Shown in pieces: positions 22,265 to 31,495 of a DNA stretch of 40,920 nucleotides; within the stretch, counting starts at the first letter, position 1; each line of letters starts with the position of its first letter. The notes beneath the pieces are model-generated. The model searched no databases, was not told the DNA's origin, and worked only from the letters and a program-made list of their open reading frames with translations. The position numbers and the translations under genes are program-made. The DNA comes from Salmonella phage 36. The stretch lies in sequence record KR296690.1. One strand, 5' to 3'.

Positions 22265-22625
22265 TTTTGTTCCATGATGTTCACAACTGAATCCGGCGTA
22301 AAATTGAAAACGTCTTGATAACAAAAAGAACAAATGAAATATCTATATAATACATACACTTAGAGTTTAATTATTATTATATATATCTATTTGTATTCTT
22401 CTTGTTTCTATTGTTCTCCATGGTTTGTAGTGGTTGTGTGTTTTGTATTGGTTGATGGTTATATATCACATGGTATGTATTTATATATGGTATGCGGCGT
22501 AACTGCGTGAACAATGGAACACAAAAACAACAATCAGTAAATCATAAACTTACGATGTGATTTTGTTGTCAGTGCTAGTTGTAAACGTATGTAAAACAAA
22601 AAGAACACTTAAAGGGTATTGACTA
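22265..22625. promoter_or_regulatory. AT-rich non-coding control region; origin of replication or early switch candidate
   Basis: No convincing ORF; repeated GAACA/TGTTC words; long-range dyad 22265-22284 / 22507-22526; 12-bp direct repeat ACAAAAAGAACA at 22321 and 22596; TATAT-rich core. Confidence 0.45.
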
Positions 22626-22674
22626 CATGCAACAAAGACCTATAATGCAGACATACCAACGAGAGGATGACCAA

Positions 22675-23733
22675 ATGAGCGATTTTAAAGTTTACACCTT
22701 TGACCAGTTAACCAATGATGAATATCACGATCCTAAAGGTTGGGCGGCTGAATACGTTAGCGGCTCAAGCCTGGCGGAAATCTTTGCAACTTGTCCGGCT
22801 GCATGGAAATACAGACCGCGCGAGGAAAGCAAAGCGCTTGTTTTCGGTACGCAGTCACACACCAACTTTCAAAGCAGTGAGTTGTTCGCAAAAGAATACC
22901 GCAGAGCGCCAGCGCCGGAAGATTACGAAAACTTGATCACAAGCCAAACAGCATTAGCCAGCAAGTTAAAATCTTTTGGCCTGACTGGTACAAGCGGGAA
23001 AACTTATCCAGACCTGATAAAAATGATGGTTGATTGTGGTGAGGATCTTAATGTTCAGTGGCTGATTGAAATGATCGCAGAGAGCCAGGCAAGAGCGGAT
23101 AACGTTGAATTGGTTCAGGCTAAAGATTACGACGCTTGCGTTACAATGCGCCGTGTACTGGAAAGCATACCGGAACACAACGCTTGCATGAATAGCCAAA
23201 CGGCACAACGCGAGCTATCAATTTTCGGTACTATCAAAGGCGTGAAAGTAAAAGTAAGGCTTGACCATGTTGATATTTGCAAGGATGTTCTTGCAACAGT
23301 AATTTCCGGCTATGATGGTGATGGTAATCCGGTATATGAAACAACGCGATTTGATGAAGCTATTGTGATCACTGATTATAAAACAACGTCAAGCGCTAAC
23401 CCGTCAGAGTTTGCAAGGCTGGCATTCAATCACGGCTACTACTTGAAAATGGCATTGCAGCATGACCTATTCAAGAAAGCGTATCCAGAAGAAACGCGCC
23501 CAGTAGTTGTCAGATTGCTGGCGCAGGAAAAGAAAGAGCCTTATTTACCGATCGCATACCGCATGACGGATGAACAATTGAAGATCGGACGGCTTCAATA
23601 TATGAGCGTGATAAACCAGTTTGCAGAATGCCAGGTAAATGACGTTTGGCCTTCATACGCAAACGGAGAGCCGGAAATTGACCTTCAAACGCCTGATTGG
23701 GTTCGTCGTCAATACAAAGGTTTTTATAAATAG
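22675..23733 (+). CDS. RecE-like / exonuclease VIII-type PD-(D/E)XK nuclease
   Basis: SLAEIFATCPAAWKYRPREESKALVFGTQSHTNFQSS, IVITDYKTTSSANPSEFARLAFNHGYYLKMALQHDLFKKAY; followed by Erf and SSB. Confidence 0.8.
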   Translation: MSDFKVYTFDQLTNDEYHDPKGWAAEYVSGSSLAEIFATCPAAWKYRPREESKALVFGTQSHTNFQSSELFAKEYRRAPAPEDYENLITSQTALASKLKSFGLTGTSGKTYPDLIKMMVDCGEDLNVQWLIEMIAESQARADNVELVQAKDYDACVTMRRVLESIPEHNACMNSQTAQRELSIFGTIKGVKVKVRLDHVDICKDVLATVISGYDGDGNPVYETTRFDEAIVITDYKTTSSANPSEFARLAFNHGYYLKMALQHDLFKKAYPEETRPVVVRLLAQEKKEPYLPIAYRMTDEQLKIGRLQYMSVINQFAECQVNDVWPSYANGEPEIDLQTPDWVRRQYKGFYK

Positions 23734-23772
23734 CACTTTTTGCTAAAACTGCCATTCGATGCGTGGTATACT
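23731..23772 (+). promoter_or_regulatory. early intergenic element, copy A
   Basis: TAGCACTTTTTGCTAAAA - 18 nt - TATACT, dyad TGCGTG-N8-CACGCA centred on the -10-like box. Confidence 0.65.
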
Positions 23773-23805
23773 ACACGCATCAACCAACGAGAGAGAGGAA
23801 ATAAA

Positions 23806-24097
23806 AATGGAACAGCAATTCAATGAACAAGATATTCAAGATGTGCGCGATCACGTATGCGGATTTGTAAACGCATTAGGGATTATGCAACGCCAGTTCT
23901 TGCGCGTAATTGATCCAAGTGAATCACCGGAAACTCTTGAATATGTTCGCAAGGTTGCATATTCGATTGATAACGTTGTGTTAACGGTTCTTCAAATGGA
24001 AAATAATGAAGAACACCGCAAGATGATTAATCAGGCGAGTGAAATCATGATCCAGAATTTGATTGATTATCACAACGAGAACGAAGAACAGCATTAA
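23806..24097 (+). CDS. hypothetical protein
   Basis: ORF MEQQFNEQDIQDVRDHVCGF...; 75 nt downstream of element A. Exact start within the 23759 ORF inferred from RBS and context. Confidence 0.55.
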
Positions 24098-24142
24098 TTA
24101 ACACGGCGGCGCAAGCCGCCATTATTAAACCGGAGTCAATGA

Positions 24143-24806
24143 AATGAAGTTTTCCGAACAAAACGCAAATGTAATTAAGGCATTGTTTGAGGCGCGTCAA
24201 TTATTCACCAGAGTAAAAAGGATAAGCAAAACACGCACCTGAAAAACAAATATGCAACTCTTGACAGTGTTCTTGATGCTATTATGCCTGGTCTTACTGA
24301 TAAGGGTTTATTCCTTACTCAAGATCAGAAAGTTGGCGAAGATTTAAAATCAATGACGGTTTTAACTCGCTTCATTCACGTTGAATCAAATGAATGGGTT
24401 GAATATGGCTTCACGTTGCCAATGCAGAAATTAGATCCGCAAGGTGGCGGATCAACAAACAGTTATGCGCGACGTTATGCACTTTGTACCGCTCTTGGCC
24501 TGGCAACGGCTGACGATGACGCAAATCTTGCCACCAAAAACGCGCAGGATTGGAAAAAAAGATCTTGATGCTTGCGATAACCTTACAGATTTGCAAGAAA
24601 CGTTTAAAACGGCTTACAAGCAATCTGATGCGGCTAACAGGAGAATCATTAAAGAGCATTACGACAAGCTAAAAGCGAAAATGGAGATCGGAAAGGCTCG
24701 CGGTTTTAATCCGGCTGAACCAGCGGCAAATGTTGCGAAGAATGAAAAAGTTGAAAATCAACCGCAACAGGAAGTAAAATCACAGTCTATCACTGACTTT
24801 GAATAA
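24143..24806 (+). CDS. erf: ERF-family single-strand annealing protein (frame changes near 24210 and 24560)
   Basis: LKNKYATLDSVLDAIMPGLTDKGLFLTQD...YGFTLPMQKLDPQGGGSTNSYARRYALCTALGLATADDDAN. Confidence 0.85.
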
Positions 24807-24844
24807 TTTATCGCGGGGCGATAGCGCCCCGATAAGGAAATAAA

Positions 24845-25273
24845 ATGCACGTTATCACCGGAGAAATTCGCAAAGAGCCTTTTGTTAAGCAAGGGCAAAA
24901 CGGCACACTGTATATTGTTGAGCTTTCAGAATCATATAAGGATCGAGAAGGTAACAGACAATACACCAATTACAAATTCTTCTTTAATGCAAAAAGCGAG
25001 GGAATGAATAATTGGTATCGTGAGGCATTCCAGCAGGGTAAAATTATTTCTGTATCTTGCGATCAGTTGCGCATTGATAGCAGCGAATATAACGGGCAGA
25101 TTTATAATACTCTAACAAGTGCTGGATTTGCTAACCTGCAATTTAGCCAGCGCGGAGGGCAGCAACAAGCGCCACAGCAACAAAGCCAGCCACGCCAACA
25201 GCAGCAGCCACGACAGCAAGCGCCTCAAAATAACGAGCCGCCTATGGATTTTGACGACGATATTCCATTCTAA
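24845..25273 (+). CDS. ssb: single-stranded DNA-binding protein
   Basis: N-terminal OB-like region, Gln-rich linker, acidic C-terminal tip MDFDDDIPF. Confidence 0.85.
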   Translation: MHVITGEIRKEPFVKQGQNGTLYIVELSESYKDREGNRQYTNYKFFFNAKSEGMNNWYREAFQQGKIISVSCDQLRIDSSEYNGQIYNTLTSAGFANLQFSQRGGQQQAPQQQSQPRQQQQPRQQAPQNNEPPMDFDDDIPF

Positions 25274-25277
25274 AAAT

Positions 25278-25299
25278 AAAGGGGCTTACGCCCCTTTTT
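25278..25299. terminator. bidirectional terminator between convergent genes
   Basis: AAAGGGGC TTAC GCCCCTTTTT. Confidence 0.75.
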
Positions 25300-25543
25300 C
25301 ACTTTCTTTAATACCCAAAACAGCAATCACCTTAACTGCTATCCGGCTTGCAAGTTCAAGCTGTTGTGCGTTAAGCGTTCCGGTATTCATGATCGATAAC
25401 AGACCAGACATAGAGCCAAGAGCTTTAAAATCAGTAAAGGCTGATTTCATAATATCCATTTGTTGATGACCATCATTCACAATCGCTTGTGCGCGTTCTG
25501 ATAGGTCTGCAACTACCTTTTCAACACCATCACTTTTCGTCAT
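25286..25543 (-). CDS. hypothetical protein (85 aa)
   Basis: ORF in a compact minus-strand series. Confidence 0.55.
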   Translation of the reverse strand: MTKSDGVEKVVADLSERAQAIVNDGHQQMDIMKSAFTDFKALGSMSGLLSIMNTGTLNAQQLELASRIAVKVIAVLGIKESEKGA

Positions 25544-25775
25544 TTTCTGCTACCTTTTCCGCCTGAGTTGCTTGTTGTGGCATGTTAGGCCACGGGCTAA
25601 TCGCTTCACGTTCTGCAACAGGCTTTTCCGGTTCAATCCCTAAAAACTTGCCAACAAATTCACCAACGAAATTAGAGCTATCGCTTACATAAACGTGCAT
25701 CCTATCCAGATCCGATTGACTCACTGAGTGAGGCGCGATCAAGATTCGTTGAGAGTGAAAACCGATATACATCAC
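25530..25775 (-). CDS. hypothetical protein
   Basis: ORF with 4-14 nt overlaps to neighbours; GTG (25775) or ATG (25772) start. Confidence 0.45.
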   Translation of the reverse strand: MMYIGFHSQRILIAPHSVSQSDLDRMHVYVSDSSNFVGEFVGKFLGIEPEKPVAEREAISPWPNMPQQATQAEKVAENDEK

Positions 25776-26021
25776 ATTAATCGGACGTCAATTGTCCCAG
25801 GAGTAGGCGCAATTACACCCATGATCCAACAATAGTGGATATTTCCGTCCAATGGTTCACATCCTGCATTAAGCCAGTTTACCTTTTGATGCGGAAACAC
25901 CATTGATGAATCAGTTGCATCACGGCGTAAAGACCAATCAACACCACCAATGAAATTGTGTGTCGTGGCTTCATTCCGTTAAATTGCGTTACCCCGATCC
26001 CGTTTGTGTTTGTCGTTTGCA
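25772..26021 (-). CDS. small membrane protein (frame change near 25870)
   Basis: MQTTNTNGIGVTQFNGMKPRHTISLVVLIGLYAVMQLIHQW... one TM segment, then ...VNWLNAGCEPLDGNIHYCWIMGVIAPTPGTIDVRLM*. Confidence 0.45.
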
Positions 26022-26035
26022 TATCGGCTCACCTC

Positions 26036-26371
26036 TCACATTGATTTCATTTTTTTAAGCGCACAGATACAAGCAGCAGCCAGATCCGTTAATTCTTTTT
26101 CGATGCCATGTTTAGAGCTATCAGCCTTTTCAGCCATTAACTCTTTGTACTCCATTTCAACAATTGACATCATGCCGCCTGGCTTGTCGTGGTACGCTTC
26201 CCAGGTGTGCGGAGGGTTTGAAATGCGCTCATGAACATCTGCCATAGCTGTACCATGTTCATGAGTTCTAGAATGATAACCATCATGATCTTTTTCCTCA
26301 TGCGAGCCAATAACAATGCGCGGTAAATGAATGCGTGGCATTCGATAGCCAGCGATCTTAATATGTGACAT
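26036..26371 (-). CDS. hypothetical His-rich protein (111 aa)
   Basis: ORF from MSHIKIAGYRMPRIHL... Confidence 0.5.
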   Translation of the reverse strand: MSHIKIAGYRMPRIHLPRIVIGSHEEKDHDGYHSRTHEHGTAMADVHERISNPPHTWEAYHDKPGGMMSIVEMEYKELMAEKADSSKHGIEKELTDLAAACICALKKMKSM

Positions 26372-26390
26372 AAAAGCCTCCATAGAGAAA

Positions 26391-26412
26391 AGCGCCCCGA
26401 AAGGCGCTTATT
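26391..26412 (-). terminator. terminator of the 26415-27124 gene
   Basis: Minus-strand AAGCGCC TTTCGG GGCGCTTTTC. Confidence 0.55.
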
Positions 26413-26414
26413 TA

Positions 26415-27124
26415 TTAGCAGCCACAGCAGCCAGTTGGCGGCGTTGGCGGGGTAGGCAGTTTGAAGTTAACCAACTGCTCAACCTGGTTGATTTTGCAAT
26501 TCAGCGCGGCGGTTTGATTCGCCTGAGACAGTGCAAAACGAGCCTCTTGCAATTGCGCTTTCATATCGCAAATGAGAACAGCCTGAGAATCAGCAAACTG
26601 TTGACGCAGCAGATCACGCGTTGCGTTACCCTGGCGCTCAATGTTCAGGTTTGTCTCACAGCAACATCTTTCAGCGGCAAGTTGAGCCTCAAAAGCGGTA
26701 CGCTGTTGATCAAACGACTGAGAAGCAATAGCGCCAGCAATGGTGTTAGTGCTTTGAGTGATCGCAGTGTTCAGACCTGCAAATCCCTGGACGGATGCCA
26801 AAAGGTTCTGCGTGTTCTGATTGGTAATGCCGTTAAAAGTTGAAGCAGCGGAGCGTTCAACAGTTAAGTTTGTCGCGTTCTGGCCTTGCAGGGTTTGCAG
26901 TCCCAAGTTGTTGACACCAGTCTGAATGTTATTGATACCATCAAGAACGGCGTTTGCACCAACAGCAACAGCAGCACCATCGCCACCACCATTAAAGCCA
27001 CGACCACCAAAGCCATTGCCGAACCATGAACCAATCAGCCACCGACAGCGCCGCCAAGACCAGCCGCACCAGCTTCACCACCACCAAAACCGCCGCCCGT
27101 AGGCAATAGAGTCATATCTGACAT
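26415..27124 (-). CDS. Gly-rich / Cys-rich protein of unknown function (frame change near 27031)
   Basis: MSDMTLLPTGGGFGGGEAGAAGLGGAVGG + LIGSWFGNGFGGRGFNGGGDGAAVAVGANAVLDGINNIQTGVNNLGLQ...ERCCCETNLNIERQG...PTPPTPPTGCCGC*. Confidence 0.65.
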
Positions 27125-27251
27125 AATGAATTCCTCTTTGACATTAAAAAAAAATAAAAATAAAAAATTAGTAACATTTTCGTTACGCCAAAGAGTATGC
27201 GCTTTATTCACGGCAATAGATATGGGTTCATTGTAAAGAATTGGTAAATAA

Positions 27252-27280
27252 AAAAGGGAGGCGTTGCGCCTCCCGTTGTA
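27252..27280 (-). terminator. terminator of the tail fibre gene
   Basis: Minus-strand GGGAGGCGCAACGCCTCCCTTTTTTATT. Confidence 0.75.
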
Positions 27281-27314
27281 TTATGGTAGTTCTGGAATTG
27301 TTGAAGCATTTCCG

Positions 27315-29659
27315 TTAAGCATTGATTTTAACAAGATTTTTTAGTTCGTCTAACTCATTGCGTAATGTGTTAATTTCCTCCTGTTGTTTATCAATCTTTG
27401 CCTTTTGCTCTTTGAATGCGTTAACCAAAAGAGCTACAACGCCATTATAGTTAATGCCTTTGATTGACTCTCCTTTTGGATCTAGCTGACCATCGTTATT
27501 CAATGAATGAACCGCTTCCGGCAAAACCCTTTCAACATCTTGCGCGATCAATCCAGCCTCAATACTATAAACGCTGTTTTCATCTTCTATAAGATTGTTG
27601 CGCTTGTAGTAAGTGTAACCAGTTAGATAATCAATTTTGTCAGATGCTGTTTCAATTTCTTTCAGATGCGCCTTTAATCTAATATCAGATCTACTAATCC
27701 AGTTTGAAGCGCTACCGTTACCAGCGGCATCAAAAACATAATCAGCACCTTTTACATAAAGATGCGCCTCAGCGCCGCCAGCAGACCAATGAACTATATC
27801 AAAGCCAGTTACCCAATCTTGCCCCCAATGAACGCCTTTAAAGATGCTTATTGCCGCATCAAAAGATGGTAGCTCACACATCATTCCAGTAGCTCTAGAT
27901 TGCCAGGCGCTAAATGCGCCACCCTCAATTTGACCACCAACAAGGCACGAAGTTGATCCAGATCTTCTACCTTGAACAAATAAACCAGGAAGAGAACTAT
28001 CAGCGAATGATTGAGCATCTTTATATAGAGTTAAGTTACTTGGAGTCCATGCAAAAATGTTTTGTCCATTAGAAACAGCCTGAATAACACCGTCACTACT
28101 CCACCTTAAACCAGAATCACTATCACCAATAACCAAAGAGTTTGCACCAAGCGCGTTTGGTGTATTCCCATCAGAAGATAGAACCATAGATCCATCAGAT
28201 CTTGCTATTCTATACCATCCACCCCAGAACCAGCATTGCAAATGATGCCCCATTTATTACCATTCATTGCGGTTGCAACAATATTGCCGTATTCAACATG
28301 ACCACTTGCATTTCTACCGTGTACATGTAACTCATACATCCACCAACCAGAGGATTCAGGCGGTTGATATGTAACAAGTTCTCCGCTTGAGTAATAACCG
28401 CTTTCTGCGTAAGTTGTCATAAACCCAAGAACGTTTGAATTATTAGGAATAACAATTGCTTGACCACCAACAGGAGTATTAAGGTTCTTTCTTGCGCCAA
28501 CTTCACTCTTTGATCCAGTGCCGCCCTGACCAACATCAAGAGGTATTGATTGACCTGTTGACAACTCCATCATTCCCCATTTTGTTGCATCCTGGATGAA
28601 TAGACCATAACGACTATCGTTTCCACGGATAAACGTTCCGTTATCTTGTTGCACCAATCTGTCAATCTGAAAGTTAATTCTTGCTTGGGTAACGTTATTT
28701 GCACCGCTACCACCTGCTGAACTCCTAAAGGAATAAAGTTTTGCGCGGAGGTATCCCAAAAGCCCCAAGAAGCATTACCTACTGTTAAATATTTTATTTT
28801 GTCTGGGGATTGTATTGTTGTTTCACCTTCAAATTGATTAAATCGATCTAAAAATAATGCAATTCTTGCAGCGCCCTTATCAGAAACATCATTAAGGTTT
28901 TGATCCTTATGCAGCAGATTTTCAGGTTGCACCTGTTGCGCCCATTGGCGAGCTTCATCACGAGCAGTCTCAGCGCCAGCCTTTGCATTATCAGCACCAA
29001 CCTTTGATTGTTCAGCAGCGAATTGTGCGTTTTCCGCTTCATCACGCGCGTCTAACGCTTCATTTTTAATTCCGGTTATCTCGGTAACGGCAGAATCTTT
29101 AATCTGTTGCGTTTGGTTTTTTATTGCGTCCGTGTCGGCCTTAATCTGATTGGTTTCAGCAACAGCAGAATCCTTAATCTGTTGCGTTTCATTAACAGCA
29201 GCATCTTTAATTTCTTGCGCGTCGTTTTTTTAATTGTTCAGTTGCAGCGCGATCAGCAGCAGTGTTCCTTTCAGCATCCTTGATCTGATTAACCAAATCC
29301 TGCAATTGTTTTTAGATCAAAGTTTTGAAAAATTCAATCACTTCCTCAATAACAGTTTCTTTGCTTTGGTAATAGCGCAGAGTTTCCGCAACATCTTGCG
29401 CCATTCCATCTACCGTTAAAGAGTCATTCAACAGGATCACATAATTTCCGTTTTCTACTGACTCGCCGTCAGTCTGGATCGCTTTCATTTCCGTGTCGCT
29501 TACAATATCGCTAATCACAGCCAATTTAAGAGGCGATGTTAGAAATACGATTGTTGCGCCAGTGCGGATAAGAGAAAGCGGCTCACGCCATTTTGTGCCA
29601 GTACCAGTAATAACGCCTTGCGCGTCCATTGCAGCCGTACCAGTGCGATATAAAGCCAT
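27315..29659 (-). CDS. tail fibre/tailspike with C-terminal S74 intramolecular chaperone (broken near 28230, 28730, 28900, 29045-29310)
   Basis: C-terminus [35 protein letters not shown]...[19 protein letters not shown]...[18 protein letters not shown] is the Peptidase_S74 signature; N-term [24 protein letters not shown]; Ala-rich AQTAADAAA-like linker. Confidence 0.88.
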
Positions 29660-29696
29660 AATTACACCTCATTTTATTCATTGAAACAGTGTAGTG

Positions 29697-29725
29697 ATTA
29701 TGCGATATTGCTATGTTACATGCAA
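29697..29725 (-). promoter_or_regulatory. sigma70-like promoter for the tail fibre gene
   Basis: Minus strand TTGCAT - 17 nt - CATAAT. Confidence 0.6.
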
Positions 29726-29752
29726 TAAAAAAACCCCGCCCTTAGCGGGGTT
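29726..29752 (-). terminator. Rho-independent terminator
   Basis: Minus strand AACCCCGC TAAG GGCGGGGTTTTTTTATT. Confidence 0.75.
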
Positions 29753-29850
29753 CGTCAACGACAACGAGAAGTCAATGAGCAGTAGCCATCGAAAGTGTTA
29801 GTAGCATGATGAATATTATAATAAGTCTGATGCCTTGTAAAGCCTACGCT

Positions 29851-30741
29851 CTATTCCATTTTGAATCTTCCGTTAATCGGCAACATTACGTCTAACTCGC
29901 GATCATCAGCGGCAATCAATGTTTCACGGTCATTAGCATGGCACACCACGCGCATTTTACGATCACCTTTATACCTGTATGCAACAATTTCAAGATTTGA
30001 AGGCGAGAAACACGCCCATACTTCTTGCCCCGTCGCCAGGTGTATATGTTGCGCATCAATCCAATCAACGCAAAGGTAAATTGTTTTGTCAGTCTTGCCA
30101 GTTACCGCAACGCTTCCACGCGTGTAATCTTTCGCGTAAAAACTGCTTTTACCTTCCTCATTGACGAAAAGAATATTGCACATGTCATCATCCAATTCAT
30201 CACTATGCACCAGGTGGCAAGGAATGGCGTGTATATGCTCGCAATATCCATTTTCATGAGTTTTCACGCCCACTTGATACGATTCGCCGTCTAATGGATA
30301 AAACGCCTCAAAAACGCTTAGATTTGTTATTTCCATGCGTTCAGTTTTATCCATCACCTCAACGCACTTTTCGTGTGGCGCTTGCGATCCGAAATTGTAA
30401 CCGGAATCACGTTTTGCCGCTTTGTTAGCCTTGTTGACAACCTCAACCGGAACCAGGTTTAACCATTCACCTAGCGTGTCGATTGCTTCACTGTAATTTT
30501 CACCACGTATGCGCATGAATAATCCGATCCCTGAATCATTCCCGCACTGGTTGCAAATGTTGCCGCCGTCGCCTTTCTCGTTGATTTTGTCAGTCCAGCG
30601 AAAGCGATCTTTACCGCCGCAATAAGGGCATGGTTGATGTTTTCCGTTAAAGGTTAATTGAGGAATATCGCAAAGTTTCATTAATGCCGCTTGCCACATG
30701 CCGCGCATCTTTGGGATCACTTCTTCTTTTTGATAGTGCAT
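29851..30741 (-). CDS. DNA primase (Zn-ribbon + Toprim-like)
   Basis: CPYCGGKDRFRWTDKINEKGDGGNICNQCG zinc ribbon; downstream VWACFSPSNLEIVAYRYKGDRKMRVVCHANDRE resembles a Toprim core. Confidence 0.8.
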   Translation of the reverse strand: MHYQKEEVIPKMRGMWQAALMKLCDIPQLTFNGKHQPCPYCGGKDRFRWTDKINEKGDGGNICNQCGNDSGIGLFMRIRGENYSEAIDTLGEWLNLVPVEVVNKANKAAKRDSGYNFGSQAPHEKCVEVMDKTERMEITNLSVFEAFYPLDGESYQVGVKTHENGYCEHIHAIPCHLVHSDELDDDMCNILFVNEEGKSSFYAKDYTRGSVAVTGKTDKTIYLCVDWIDAQHIHLATGQEVWACFSPSNLEIVAYRYKGDRKMRVVCHANDRETLIAADDRELDVMLPINGRFKME

Positions 30742-30772
30742 TTCTCAACCTCCAAATAAAAAACCTGGCACG

Positions 30773-30815
30773 ATGATAAACCATGCCAGGCCGGAATTTT
30801 TAGCAATCAGTGCTA
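30773..30815 (-). promoter_or_regulatory. early intergenic element, copy B
   Basis: Minus strand TAGCACTGATTGCTAAAA - 19 nt - TATCAT, dyad CCTGGCA-N13-TGCCAGG enclosing the -10-like box. Confidence 0.6.
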
Positions 30816-31406
30816 TCGACGGAAATCACAACGCGTTTTTTCTGATTGGCTTCCTTTGCTTTGCGCCGTTCTTCTTTCGCCTTGTCGCGTTCAGCTTTGC
30901 GCCGCGCTTTCTCTTTCTCGCGTTCTTCTGGACTCATAGACCGTAACGGATCGTAAGGCCGCACAAATCCTCTTGCTTCCGCTTCCTCTTTGGTTACAAA
31001 TCGCATCAGCTTTCTGTTGCTGCAACGATTCTCTAATGGCTTGCCGTTATTATCAAACTTGATATCTGGACGGCAATATGAAGCGCGGAAACGTTAAAAC
31101 CTTTGCGGCGGTAATCTTTCTGGATCAGTTCAGCGCCTTTAGTTGAAATCATGCCTCGCTCTTTCCACCCCACACTGTTTTAAGGTTAACGCCAATTTCA
31201 CGCGCCAGGGCAGCACAACCGCCGTAAGCGTTGACAACTTCATCAAGCCGCGCTTTTAATCCGGCTCTTACTTCTTCCTTTAATACAAGATAACCGCTAA
31301 CAGGTGCGCGACGTTTGCGATCTTTACCACGTCTTACGCCGTTGTTACCATTGATTGTGCGTTTGTCGATTTCGCCAGTTGAGGCGGCAATTTTGATTTC
31401 GCTCAT
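30800..31406 (-). CDS. Cro/YdaS-like HTH regulator (frame changes near 31165 and 31075)
   Basis: Joined product ...YGGCAALAREIGVNLKTVW(G)WKERGMISTKGAELIQKDYRRKGFNVSAL...PDIKFDNNGKPLENRCSNRKLMRFVTKEEAEARG...; extra G in a GGGG run explains the break. Confidence 0.6.
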
Positions 31407-31417
31407 ATTTTCACCTA

Positions 31418-31461
31418 TAGCACTTTTTGCTAAAAAAAACTTGATTGAGTTTGTGTATGAT
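31418..31461 (+). promoter_or_regulatory. early intergenic element, copy C (divergent region)
   Basis: TAGCACTTTTTGCTAAAA - 20 nt - TATGAT, followed by ATGCC-N6-GGCAT. Confidence 0.6.
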
Positions 31462-31495
31462 ATGCCGCAAATGGCATTTAGTCAAAAGGATAAAA

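Noticed and set aside
22230-22277. Micro-ORF MPWLNGRGILFSFVP after J, preceded by AAGGAGG
   Set aside because: It coincides with the terminator hairpin AATGCCC/GGGCATT; a leader peptide is possible but not supportable from sequence alone.
30762-30791. Hairpin CCTGGCA...TGCCAGG + T-run taken simply as a terminator
   Set aside because: Position and internal TATCAT match the dyad-over--10 layout of element B, so a pure terminator reading is incomplete; it may serve both roles.
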